Made by a program: the position numbers and the translations under genes. DNA of 53,068 bases from assembly GCA_902768335.1 (NCBI GenBank), contig CACXKR010000004.1:1-53068 (forward strand). The letters are read 5' to 3'. Under the pieces are notes generated by a model. That model saw only the letters and a list, made by a program, of their open reading frames with translations, was not told the DNA's origin and did no database searches. Source of the stretch: an uncultured Erysipelotrichaceae bacterium (GTDB lineage: Bacteria; Bacillota_I; Bacilli_A; RFN20; CAG-826). Of the stretch, positions 27,809 through 37,706 are shown one piece after another (the stretch's first letter is position 1; the number at the start of each line of letters is the position of its first letter).

Positions 27809-28861
27809 ATGATTAAAGTCAAACTTGATAACGGTATATTAAATTCAATTCTTGAAATAGAAAAAAACAAGAATTCTTTAGATTTGGTTAAAATACCAAT
27901 CAATCTATCGAATAAACTTAGAAAAAACACGAAAAAAAGAAGTTCATACGCTTCCAATAAAATTGAAGGCAATCCTTTAACATATGAACAGGCCGATGCT
28001 GCTATTGAGGCAAAGAATAGACATTTCATTAAACCAGAACAGGAAATAAGAAATTATTATCTAGCGTTGGAATTGCTTGAGAAGAAGTTAGAGAATAAAG
28101 AGCCTTTGTCGCTTAAGTTATTATTAGAAGTTCAAAAACAAATATGTGAAGGGGAGCCGAAAGAAAAGATTGGCTTAAGGGGAGCGATTCCTTCTGGAGT
28201 TTTATTTGCGGTTTGGAATAATGATGGCACTCCAGCCTATATACCTCCTGAATATTCTGAAGTCCCTACCTTGTTAGATGAATTATTGAAATATATTAAC
28301 GATTCAGAAGATCACCCATTAATTAAAGCAGCGGTTATCCATTATCAACTAGTGACTATTCACCCTTTTGAAGATGGCAATGGCAGAACCGCGAGAATTA
28401 TCTCTAGTTATTACCTTTCGTTAAATGGATATGGTTTTAAAAACGTTGGCTCTTTAGAAGAATACATGTCTTATAACATCGATGAATATTATGACTCTCT
28501 TCAAATGGGATTACCTATTTTATACTATGATGGAAGAAACAATCCTCCACATGGTGAGATATGGATTAAATATTATTTGAAGATATTCTCTCTTTATGCT
28601 TCTAAAGTACTTTCGATTGCCCTAGAAGAATCTAACGACAATAAGCAAGAAAGACTATCTCACTTATCTAAAAAAGCAAAAGACTTTTTAAAGTATCTAG
28701 AGAAAAATAATGTTTTATCGTTTACTCCTATTGATCTTGCTAATAAATTCAAAGTCACCAATAGAACAATTATTAATTGGTGCTTTGAGCTAGTTAATAA
28801 TGGCTATTTAAGACCAGTGATTGTTAACAAAAGAATCCGCCATTACGAGCTAATAAAATAG
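27809..28861 (+). CDS. Fic family protein (class II-like) with C-terminal HTH
   Basis: HPFEDGNGRTAR; inhibitory SNKIEGN; C-terminal FTPIDLANKFKVTNRTIINWCFELV HTH. Confidence 0.93.
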   Translation: MIKVKLDNGILNSILEIEKNKNSLDLVKIPINLSNKLRKNTKKRSSYASNKIEGNPLTYEQADAAIEAKNRHFIKPEQEIRNYYLALELLEKKLENKEPLSLKLLLEVQKQICEGEPKEKIGLRGAIPSGVLFAVWNNDGTPAYIPPEYSEVPTLLDELLKYINDSEDHPLIKAAVIHYQLVTIHPFEDGNGRTARIISSYYLSLNGYGFKNVGSLEEYMSYNIDEYYDSLQMGLPILYYDGRNNPPHGEIWIKYYLKIFSLYASKVLSIALEESNDNKQERLSHLSKKAKDFLKYLEKNNVLSFTPIDLANKFKVTNRTIINWCFELVNNGYLRPVIVNKRIRHYELIK

Positions 28862-29020
28862 TTACTCCGCGTCAATTGAAAATACTATCGACAGGTTTTT
28901 TAATGCCGTTAATAAGTCGATTATTATTAAAGAAGAAATGTCTTTTGAATCAAAAACCTAGAATTATAGACATCTTCGATTTAGGTTTGTATATTATATA
29001 AATATAAGCGAGGTTTATTA

Positions 29021-29941
29021 ATGAAACACTTAATAGTTGTAAATGGCTCCGCTGGTGGATTTGATCCATCATTTGAAGCCAAAATTAATGAAGCTTTTAA
29101 AGGATTAGATTTTGAGATCTATAAAACAACTGGTCCAAAAAGCGTCATTCCATTTTTGAAAGAATATTTAAAGAAACAAAAAGACACCGTTAGAGTCTAT
29201 GCTTGCGGTGGTGATGGTACAATCCATGAAGTTGTTAATGGAGTTGTTGGTTTTAAAAATGTTGAAGTAGCAATTTATGCTTCTGGGACAGGCAATGACT
29301 TTGTCAAAATCTATGGTGGAAAAGAAAAATTCCAAGATTTCAAAAAGCTTATTGAAGCTAAAGCTTCTCCAATTGATCTTTCCGAGATTAAAGGTGACGG
29401 TTTAAAAGAACCATTATATTCAGTTAACGTCATCAACTTTGGTTTTGATGCGATTGTTGGAGCGATGGGTAACTATTATAAAGAACATGGTTTACCAGAA
29501 GGAACTAAAGAAGGCACAAATCCATATGATTATGCTTTAAAGCATGATGCTATGAAACATGGCAGATTCAATGATATCGAAGTATTCGCTGATGGTGAAA
29601 AACTTAACGAAAAACAATTGCTTCTTTCAACACTTGCTCAAGGGCAATATGTCGGTGGTCAATTCAAATGCGCTCCAAAAAGCGATAACACCGACGGTTT
29701 AATTGATGTCTGCGTACTTAAAACAATGACCTTCCTCGGCTTAGGGATGATTATTGGAACATACACAAAAGGTAAACACTTAGACCGTAAACGTCGTAAA
29801 ATTGTCTATAGACAAGCTAAAGAAATCAAAATGGTTTCACCAAAAGATTTCGATGTCTGCGTTGATGGCGAAATGATCAAAGGCAATAACTTCACTGTTA
29901 GAGTTCTTCCTGGTGCAGTTAACCTCGTTATCCCTCAATAA
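29021..29941 (+). CDS. Diacylglycerol/lipid kinase family protein (YegS/DgkB-like)
   Basis: GGDGT, GTGNDF, GFDA, YVGG, DGLIDV and VDGE. Confidence 0.92.
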   Translation: MKHLIVVNGSAGGFDPSFEAKINEAFKGLDFEIYKTTGPKSVIPFLKEYLKKQKDTVRVYACGGDGTIHEVVNGVVGFKNVEVAIYASGTGNDFVKIYGGKEKFQDFKKLIEAKASPIDLSEIKGDGLKEPLYSVNVINFGFDAIVGAMGNYYKEHGLPEGTKEGTNPYDYALKHDAMKHGRFNDIEVFADGEKLNEKQLLLSTLAQGQYVGGQFKCAPKSDNTDGLIDVCVLKTMTFLGLGMIIGTYTKGKHLDRKRRKIVYRQAKEIKMVSPKDFDVCVDGEMIKGNNFTVRVLPGAVNLVIPQ

Positions 29942-29965
29942 ATATTAATATTTATATTTTAAATT

Positions 29966-29992
29966 AAGATCGGAGTAATATCCGGTCTTTTT
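29966..29992 (+). terminator. Rho-independent terminator
   Basis: AAGATCGGA/TCCGGTCTT stem plus T-tract. Confidence 0.75.
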
Positions 29993-30061
29993 ATTCATTA
30001 AAGACATATCGGTATTGACATAATCTAGCAAAGATAATGTCAAGTGGCTATCCTGTTCAAA

Positions 30062-30091
30062 TTGATAAGTTATATTATTTTGTAATATAAT
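30062..30091 (+). promoter_or_regulatory. Promoter of the glycan operon
   Basis: TTGATA-N18-TATAAT about 80 bp upstream of wecE. Confidence 0.55.
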
Positions 30092-30168
30092 AAACAATGC
30101 AGCTTTATCGGAAGATTGTTTAGCCAATCTTGAGATCAATAAAACTCATCTGCTATCGAGGTAATAAT

Positions 30169-31329
30169 ATGAATGACAAATTTGTAAAAAACGAAACAAT
30201 GGTTGATTTTAATGTTCCACCTTATGTCGGCACTGAAATGAACTATGTTGAACAAGCAATTAAGAACCACAAAATTTGTGGTGATGGTCCTTTTACCAAA
30301 AAGTGCCACGCTTGGTTAGAGGAAAAATTCCACGCCCAAAAGGTCTTGCTTACTACAAGCGGGACAACAGCATTAGAAATGGCGGCGTTACTTTGTAATT
30401 TGAAAAGAGGTGATGAAGTAATTCTACCTAGTTTTACATTTTCATCTACCGCAACCGCCTTTGTTCTTGCGGGCGCTAAACTCGTTTTTGTCGATATTCG
30501 TCCAGATACAATGAACATTGATGAGACTAAAATCGAAGCTGCGATTACCCCTAAAACTAGAGTCATATGCGCAATGCATTATGCGGGCGTAGCGTGTGAG
30601 ATGGACACAATTATGGACATTGCAAAACGTCATAATTTGTTAGTTGTTGAAGATGCTGCCCAAGGTGTTATGTCAAAATACAAAGGCCAATATCTTGGAA
30701 CAATCGGTGATTTTGGTTGCTATTCGTTCCACGAAACCAAGAATTATTCCATGGGCGAAGGCGGTGCTTTGGTTATCAAAGATCCTAAATATAACGAAGC
30801 CGCCGAAATCTTAAGAGAAAAAGGAACTGATAGATCCAAATTTTTAAGAGGACAAGTTGATAAATATACTTGGAAAGATTATGGAAGTAGTTATCTCCCA
30901 AGCGACATTAATGCAGCATATTTATACGCTCAATTAGAAAAAGCTGATGAAATCAATAACAATCGCCTTCACGCTTGGAACAAATATTATGAACTCCTAA
31001 AGGACTTACAAGACAAAGGTTTAATTGAACTTCCTGTCGTGCCTGAAGGATGCGTCCATAATGGACACATGTTCTTCGTTAAAGTTAAAGACTTAGAACA
31101 AAGAACGGATATTCAAACCTTCTTAAGAGAAAATAAGATTTATACAGCTTTCCATTACATCCCACTTCATAGTGCTCCTGCAGGACTTAAGTTTGGTATA
31201 TTTTCAGGAAAAGATGAATATACAACTAAAGAAAGTGAAAGATTATTCCGTCTTCCAATGTATTATGGAATCACAGATAAAGACTGTGAGATTGTTTCCA
31301 AATACATTCATTACTATTTTGAGAGATAA
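30169..31329 (+). CDS. wecE: dTDP-4-amino-4,6-dideoxygalactose transaminase
   Basis: GDGPFTKKC, ALEMAA, PSFTFSSTA, EDAAQG, SFHETKN, REKGT and FHYIPLH; ATG 30169 after a GAGGT SD. Confidence 0.93.
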   Translation: MNDKFVKNETMVDFNVPPYVGTEMNYVEQAIKNHKICGDGPFTKKCHAWLEEKFHAQKVLLTTSGTTALEMAALLCNLKRGDEVILPSFTFSSTATAFVLAGAKLVFVDIRPDTMNIDETKIEAAITPKTRVICAMHYAGVACEMDTIMDIAKRHNLLVVEDAAQGVMSKYKGQYLGTIGDFGCYSFHETKNYSMGEGGALVIKDPKYNEAAEILREKGTDRSKFLRGQVDKYTWKDYGSSYLPSDINAAYLYAQLEKADEINNNRLHAWNKYYELLKDLQDKGLIELPVVPEGCVHNGHMFFVKVKDLEQRTDIQTFLRENKIYTAFHYIPLHSAPAGLKFGIFSGKDEYTTKESERLFRLPMYYGITDKDCEIVSKYIHYYFER

Positions 31330-31334
31330 AAATT

Positions 31335-32336
31335 ATGAAAAACATTTTGATTTTTGGTGCAACAGGGAATATTGGTGTTTATCTCACTGATTATTGCAAA
31401 GAACGTCTCGATCCAAAACAATATCATTTAATCGCTATTGGCACAAAGAAAACCAAACTCTTTGAAAAGTTAGGAATAGAATACGTTAATGTCGACGTTA
31501 CTAATAAGGAAGACTTTTTGAAATTGCCTCAAAAAGACGTGTTCGCTATTGTTAATCTAGCGGGCATTTTGCCAGCATATCTCAAAGATTTTGAACCTTC
31601 AAAGTATTTAAATGTCAACGTTATTGGGGCGATAAACGTTATGGAATATGCTCGCAAAGTTAAAGCAGATCGCGTCCTTTATACCCAAACCTGGTCTGAC
31701 TTAGGTGGCTATTGGGGTAAAGAAGAAGTCTTATCAAGCGATATGCCACGCAAGCTTTTATTTAAAGGTGATCACGCTTTCTATTCCATTACCAAATCAA
31801 TGATTGTCGATACGCTTGAATTTTATAATCAAGAATACGGCATCAAAAATTATGTTTTCCGTTTACCAAATATCTATTTATATAATCCTCAACGTTATTA
31901 CTATGTTGATGGAGTCAAAAAATATATTGGCTATCGCTATATGATTGACCGTGCTGCAGCCGGAGAAGATATTGAAGTCTGGGGAGACCCAAAAGCCTTC
32001 AAGGATATCATTTACGTTAAAGATCTTTGCCAAATGATGTATCTTGCTTTAACAAAGTTAAATGCAAAGACCGGTATCTATAACGCAGGCACAGGCGTAA
32101 AGACCACACTCGATGAACAAATCAAGACGATGGTCGAAGTCTTCTCACCAAAAGATAAACAATCTAAATTGATTTATAAACCAGAAAAATCTTCATTTAC
32201 ATCCTTTGTCATGGATATTGAAAAAGCCAAGAAAGAACTTGACTATGAACCAAAATATTTTTACAAGGATTACCTTGAAGATTATAAAAAAGAGATGGAG
32301 CTAAAACGTTTTGATGAACTCTGGGAAGCCAAATAA
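31335..32336 (+). CDS. NAD-dependent epimerase/dehydratase (extended SDR)
   Basis: GATGNIG, NLAG and YSITK (YxxxK). Confidence 0.9.
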   Translation: MKNILIFGATGNIGVYLTDYCKERLDPKQYHLIAIGTKKTKLFEKLGIEYVNVDVTNKEDFLKLPQKDVFAIVNLAGILPAYLKDFEPSKYLNVNVIGAINVMEYARKVKADRVLYTQTWSDLGGYWGKEEVLSSDMPRKLLFKGDHAFYSITKSMIVDTLEFYNQEYGIKNYVFRLPNIYLYNPQRYYYVDGVKKYIGYRYMIDRAAAGEDIEVWGDPKAFKDIIYVKDLCQMMYLALTKLNAKTGIYNAGTGVKTTLDEQIKTMVEVFSPKDKQSKLIYKPEKSSFTSFVMDIEKAKKELDYEPKYFYKDYLEDYKKEMELKRFDELWEAK

Positions 32337-33435
32337 GAATCTGGCAATCATTGGAGCAAGTTATCTTCAACTTCCTTTGATTCGCAAAGCTAAAGAGATG
32401 GGTTATATAACTCATGTTTTTGCTTGGGCCGCTAACGATGTTGGCGAAAAAGAGGCCGATTATTTTTACCCTATCTCAATCGTTGAAAAAGATAAAATAT
32501 TAGAGAAGTGCCGTGAAATTAATATTTGTGGCATTTGTTCGATCGCTTCAGATTTAGCAATTATCACCGTCAATTATGTCGCTCAAAATTTAGGGTTAAA
32601 TAGCAATTCGATTGAATGTACAAACAAATCGACGAATAAGCATCTAATGAGAAAATGCTTTGAAGAAAACGGTGATCCATCACCTAAGAGTGAACTCGTG
32701 AGTGATTTTGATAAAATCGATCCTAACAAATATTCTTATCCAGTTATTGTAAAACCGTTAGATAGAAGCGGAAGTCGTGGCATCTACAAAATCGAAAGAC
32801 CAGAAGAACTTATTCCCGCTTGTAAAAAATCCGCTGAAGAAGGTTTTATTAAATCAGTCCTAATTGAAGAATTTGCTAATGGAAAAGAATATAGTGTTGA
32901 ATATATTTCCTTTCATGGAAAGCATCACTTTTTAGCGGTCACTTTAAAATATACAACCGGCGCTCCTCATTTTATTGAAACGGGTCATCTTGAACCTGCG
33001 CCTATAAGTGAATCGCTTTGCAAAAAAATACAAGCTACAGTTGAACACGCTTTAACATCATTAGGAGTCAAAGAAGGTGCTTCACATAGTGAAATAAAAA
33101 TAGATGATAACGAAAACATTAAAATTATTGAAATTGGTGCACGCATGGGTGGCGACTGTATAGGTAGCGATCTAGTCTATTATTCAACTGGATATGATTT
33201 TGTCGAAATGGTTATCGATGTTGCTTGTGGTAACGAACCAAAATTTATTCGTAAGCATGAACCAACTCCAGTTTCGGTGCATTTTATTTTATCTAACGAA
33301 GACTTAAATACATTTGAATCACTTAAAAATAATAATCCTGATCGAATTTTACAAATCGTTGATTATCATCCTGAGAAGATTGGATCAACAACGGATAGTT
33401 CAAATCGAGCGGGCTGCTACATCATAAAAGAATAG
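32314..33435 (+). CDS. ATP-grasp ligase
   Basis: NKHLMR, YPVIVKPLDRSGSRGI, IEEF..GKEYSVE, HSE and IEIGARMGG. Confidence 0.9.
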   Translation: MNSGKPNKNLAIIGASYLQLPLIRKAKEMGYITHVFAWAANDVGEKEADYFYPISIVEKDKILEKCREINICGICSIASDLAIITVNYVAQNLGLNSNSIECTNKSTNKHLMRKCFEENGDPSPKSELVSDFDKIDPNKYSYPVIVKPLDRSGSRGIYKIERPEELIPACKKSAEEGFIKSVLIEEFANGKEYSVEYISFHGKHHFLAVTLKYTTGAPHFIETGHLEPAPISESLCKKIQATVEHALTSLGVKEGASHSEIKIDDNENIKIIEIGARMGGDCIGSDLVYYSTGYDFVEMVIDVACGNEPKFIRKHEPTPVSVHFILSNEDLNTFESLKNNNPDRILQIVDYHPEKIGSTTDSSNRAGCYIIKE

Positions 33436-33437
33436 TT

Positions 33438-34955
33438 ATGAAAAAAAATAAACAGGAATTAATTAATTTATTAATAGGAATATTCTCCCAGGCTATCATC
33501 TTAGTGCTTGGTTTTATTGTTCCACGAATTTTTATTTCCGTTTATGGTTCGGACGTTAACGGATTGCTTTCAACCGTAGCCCAAGTGTTCGCTTATGTCG
33601 CTTTACTTGAATCAGGAATGTCGATGGCGACAAGAAATGCATTATATAAACCATTGAACGAGAAGAATGAGACCGATATCAATAAGATATTATCTGCCTC
33701 GAAAAATTATTATCGAAAAGCTTCGATTATTTATGTTGCTATTGTTATAGCTTTGTCGTTCATCCTTCCATTAGTTTTCAAGACCTCGGTTGATTATTGG
33801 ACTGTCTTCTTAATCATTCTTTTAGAAGGTATGGGCTCCGCTCTATTCTTCTTCTTTATCGATACCGAAATATGTTTCTTAAATACGTGTGGCAAAACTT
33901 CTGTTGTTAACATTACAAATCTCATCTATCGAGTCCTTTGCTATGTTATTAAGATGGTTCTTGCCTTACTGGGAGTCAATATTATCCTAATACAATTAGG
34001 ATTCTTCCTTGTCTCAATTATTAGAGTCCTTCTTGTTAGGCTTTATGTTCATAAGAAATATGCTTGGGTATCGACACATCATTTTGAAAAAGGCTTTAAA
34101 CTTCCGCATCGCAGAGCATATCTATTGACTGAAGTTTCTTGGCTAGTTTTTTCTTCAACAGACGCGATCGTCTTGTCAATTTTTGTTTCGACATCGATGT
34201 CTAGTGTTTACGCGGTTTACAATATGATCTTTGTGGCAATCAATGCCTTATTGACCGCTATATATGAAGCAATCTCGTATAAACTTGGTTTAGTGTATAA
34301 CGAAGATATTGAGCGATATAAAAAACTCCATAATTTATTTAACTCGTTCATTATTTCGATAACCACGGTTTTAATATCAGTTACATATTGGCTAACAAAT
34401 CCGTTCATTGCCTTATACACTTCTGGTATTGAGGATGTGACTTATGTTTATCAATATTTACCTCTTCTATTTTGCTTAGTCCAAATGCTCTCGTGGTCGA
34501 GATATGTATCAGGCAATTTAACAAGTGTTGCTGGCAAGGCAAGAATAACCAGTATCGTTTCACTAATTGAAGCCCTTCTCAATGTCACCTTATCCTTAAT
34601 TTTAGTGCAATTCCTCGGTATTTATGGCGTTTTAATAGCTACTGTATCCTCGCTTCCAATCAAAGTGATCTTCACTCATGTTTTGTCTGAAAAGGTTATT
34701 CTCAAACGAAAACCGTGGAAAACAATCGCTATATTTGGAGCGAATTACACTATCTTTGGTTTGACCGTTTTAGCCGCTCACTTCATTAGTTTAAACGTTC
34801 CATCCTATGGTCACTTCATTGCCTATGGATTTATGTTTGTTGGAATATACGCCGTTATTGTTGTTGGCGCCAATGTTCTTGTGAATAAAGATTTGCTTAA
34901 ACTCAAAAATCTTTTTAAGAAAGAGAAACCATCTAAGGAGAATAGCGCTTCATGA
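33438..34955 (+). CDS. Wzx-type polysaccharide flippase (MOP superfamily)
   Basis: 12-14 TM segments; YGSDVNGL, LYKPL, STDAIVLS and LGIYGVLIAT; located in the glycan operon. Confidence 0.88.
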   Translation: MKKNKQELINLLIGIFSQAIILVLGFIVPRIFISVYGSDVNGLLSTVAQVFAYVALLESGMSMATRNALYKPLNEKNETDINKILSASKNYYRKASIIYVAIVIALSFILPLVFKTSVDYWTVFLIILLEGMGSALFFFFIDTEICFLNTCGKTSVVNITNLIYRVLCYVIKMVLALLGVNIILIQLGFFLVSIIRVLLVRLYVHKKYAWVSTHHFEKGFKLPHRRAYLLTEVSWLVFSSTDAIVLSIFVSTSMSSVYAVYNMIFVAINALLTAIYEAISYKLGLVYNEDIERYKKLHNLFNSFIISITTVLISVTYWLTNPFIALYTSGIEDVTYVYQYLPLLFCLVQMLSWSRYVSGNLTSVAGKARITSIVSLIEALLNVTLSLILVQFLGIYGVLIATVSSLPIKVIFTHVLSEKVILKRKPWKTIAIFGANYTIFGLTVLAAHFISLNVPSYGHFIAYGFMFVGIYAVIVVGANVLVNKDLLKLKNLFKKEKPSKENSAS

Positions 34956-36424
34956 CTTTAGAAAAAAAGAAGACTATTTCCGATAATTACATCGCTAGGC
35001 TAAAAAAGATCGCTAAGCGATATTTGAATAAACGCAAATACAATGATTGCTTACAAGTGTTGCACGCTATTTCGTATTATCTTTATGAATATAATCAAAC
35101 CTACATAGATGAAGACGTTGAATCGATGCTTCTTGAAGTTAGTAAAGCACTCGACATCAAACAAGGCCGAACCTATGAATCTATTCCAAACAAAGTTCTT
35201 GTCTTTGATGGCTTTGCTTTTGAAACTCGTGGCGTCATCAAAATGTATTTAAACGCCTTGGTAAAAGGCGGTTTTGAAATAGTCTATCTCTATGATGAAA
35301 ATCGTAGCGTAGATATCCCTGAAATTTTGAAATATTGTAATGAGAATAATATCAAAACTATCACCTATAACGAAAGAGCAAAATTTGTTGATGCTGCTAA
35401 AGAGATTGGTGAAGCGTTTTTAAGAGAAAAACCCGCAAAAGCCTTATTTTATACCTATCCATATGATGTTGCAGCCTATGTTGCATTTGCTTCATTTAAA
35501 GGCTTAACTGAGAGATTTTTAATTGATTTAACTGACCATGCATTTTGGATTGGGAAATACTGCAACGATTTCTTCTGCGGAAGTCGCGAAATGTCGGCAT
35601 ATAATCAGTTCTATCAACGTCACATACCGAAAGAACAACTTATTAAACTCGGAGTCAATCTAATTGTTGAAAAATGCGATTCACACGATCCGCTTCCATT
35701 TGATGAGACCAAGACTAGATACATTTTTAGTGGCGGTGCTTTATACAAAACATTAGGAGATCCAAACAATTACTACTATAAAATTGTTGACCACATCCTT
35801 GAAAACCACAAAGATGTCGTTTTCCTTTACGCTGGATATGGTGATGATAGCGAAATGAAAGTCATTTTAAAGAAATATCCAGAACGTGCTTTCTACATTA
35901 ATGAAAGAAAAGATTATTACTATTTGATTCAGAATTGTGTCTTCTATTTAAATACTTATCCAATGTTTGGTGGAATGATGATGAAATATTCCGCTCTAGC
36001 AGGGAAACTTCCTATTACTTTAAAACATAGTTCAGATTCAGACGGTTTGCTCCTTCATCAAAAGGAACTTGGTATTGAATATGATAGTTACGATGACCTG
36101 ATCAAAGACGTTGATCATCTTTTAGATGATGAAAATTATCTAAAACAAAGAGAAAGTAAACTTCAAGGCTCGGTTATAACTGAAGAAAGATTTGTCAACA
36201 ATCTAAAGAACGCTTTGCTTAATCACAAAACTGATTATGAACATAGTTATGAACAACTAGATACCGAAAAATTTAGGAAAGAATATCTTGAAAGACATAA
36301 CCATAGAAGGTTAAGTTCAGAATTATTGTCTAGACATTACCATTCTTGTTTTATTAAAATCTTTCCAATCAAATATATTTGTCATAATTCACTTAAATTG
36401 ATGAAAAAGGTTTTCAAGAGGTAA
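34952..36424 (+). CDS. Putative GT-B glycosyltransferase with helical N-terminus
   Basis: KVLVFDG...GVIKMYLNAL, TDHAFWIG, SGGALYK and YLNTYPMFGG...AGKLPI; ATGA coupling. Confidence 0.6.
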   Translation: MTLEKKKTISDNYIARLKKIAKRYLNKRKYNDCLQVLHAISYYLYEYNQTYIDEDVESMLLEVSKALDIKQGRTYESIPNKVLVFDGFAFETRGVIKMYLNALVKGGFEIVYLYDENRSVDIPEILKYCNENNIKTITYNERAKFVDAAKEIGEAFLREKPAKALFYTYPYDVAAYVAFASFKGLTERFLIDLTDHAFWIGKYCNDFFCGSREMSAYNQFYQRHIPKEQLIKLGVNLIVEKCDSHDPLPFDETKTRYIFSGGALYKTLGDPNNYYYKIVDHILENHKDVVFLYAGYGDDSEMKVILKKYPERAFYINERKDYYYLIQNCVFYLNTYPMFGGMMMKYSALAGKLPITLKHSSDSDGLLLHQKELGIEYDSYDDLIKDVDHLLDDENYLKQRESKLQGSVITEERFVNNLKNALLNHKTDYEHSYEQLDTEKFRKEYLERHNHRRLSSELLSRHYHSCFIKIFPIKYICHNSLKLMKKVFKR

Positions 36425-36429
36425 AAATT

Positions 36430-37578
36430 ATGCGCGATTTCGTTGCCGAAAGAATTAAAAAGATGAAACCCTCTGGAATTAGAGAATTTTTTAACTATGC
36501 TTCTGAAAGACCTGAAGTTGTTTCTCTGGGTGTTGGAGAACCAGATTTTGTCACTCCAAAACCAATTATTGAGGCTGCGAAAAAATCTCTCGATGAAGGC
36601 AAAACATTTTATACGTCAAACCAAGGTTTGCCCTCTTTAAGAAAAAAGATCTCGAATTATCTTTCGAGTCGTTTTGATATTCATTACGATGCCGATGAAA
36701 TGATTTTGACTGCCGGTAGCAGCCAAGGTATTCTTGCTGCTTTGATGGCGATTATTAATCCGGGCGATGAAATTATTGTCACTGAGCCAACTTATATCTG
36801 CTATGTTCCGGATATTGAAATGTGCGGTGGGAAAGCGGTTGTTATAACTTTATCGAGCGATAACGAATATAAACTGACTCCTGAAGTATTAAAAAAGTAT
36901 ATTACCCCTAAGACTAAAGCTATCTTCCTTAGTTATCCAAATAACCCGACTGGCGCAATAATGACAAGAGAAGAACTTGAAGGTATTGCTCCAATTATTT
37001 TAGAAAACGATTTATTTGTTATTTCTGATGAAATATATGCCGAGCTTACTTATGGTAGTAGGCATTGTTCAATCGCTTCGTTTGATGGTTTTAAAGAAAG
37101 AACAATTCTAGTCTCTGGTTTTTCAAAAGCTTTTGCGATGACTGGTTGGAGGCTAGGTTATGTCTGTGCTCCAAAAGAAATATTGGATCAAATCTTAAAG
37201 ATTCAACAATATATTATGCTAAGCGCTCCAACGACTGCTCAATATGGTGCAAAAGCAGCTTTAGACGAATGCATTCCTGATATGGAAAATATGGTCAAAG
37301 AATATGACCGTCGTAGACAATATCTACTTTCCTCATTTAAAGAATTAGGAGTTGATTGTTTTGATGCTCGCGGAGCGTTCTACCTTTTCCCATCGATTAA
37401 AAAATTTAATTTAAGTAGTAGAGAGTTCTGTTTAAAACTCCTCAATGACTATGATGTTTTAGTCGTCCCTGGGACCGCTTTTGGCGATAGTGGTGAAGGC
37501 TATATCCGCATCAGCTATGCCACAAGCATGGAAAGATTAAAAATCTTCATCGAAACCTTACGCAAAGTTTTGAAATAA
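36430..37578 (+). CDS. PLP-dependent aminotransferase class I/II
   Basis: LGVGEPDF, YPNNPTG, SDEIY, GFSKAFAMTGWRLGY and RISYA. Confidence 0.95.
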   Translation: MRDFVAERIKKMKPSGIREFFNYASERPEVVSLGVGEPDFVTPKPIIEAAKKSLDEGKTFYTSNQGLPSLRKKISNYLSSRFDIHYDADEMILTAGSSQGILAALMAIINPGDEIIVTEPTYICYVPDIEMCGGKAVVITLSSDNEYKLTPEVLKKYITPKTKAIFLSYPNNPTGAIMTREELEGIAPIILENDLFVISDEIYAELTYGSRHCSIASFDGFKERTILVSGFSKAFAMTGWRLGYVCAPKEILDQILKIQQYIMLSAPTTAQYGAKAALDECIPDMENMVKEYDRRRQYLLSSFKELGVDCFDARGAFYLFPSIKKFNLSSREFCLKLLNDYDVLVVPGTAFGDSGEGYIRISYATSMERLKIFIETLRKVLK

Positions 37579-37706
37579 TAGCGATGTAAAACTTTGTTTT
37601 ACAATCTATAATACCATTAACAATAAATAAAGATATAGATACCTTCTAAAGCAATATTTTGCTTTTTGTAATATCTTTTTGTCTTATTTTATAAGATAAT
37701 GTTTGT

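Noticed and set aside
2308-28861. The two Fic genes as a toxin-antitoxin or defence island
   Set aside because: They are 24 kb apart, divergent in sequence, each carries its own inhibitory motif, and neither has defence-gene neighbours.
30098-30155. Hammerhead ribozyme on the minus strand (CAGATGAG...CTC)
   Set aside because: The core would need CTGATGA and GAAA; both are missing.
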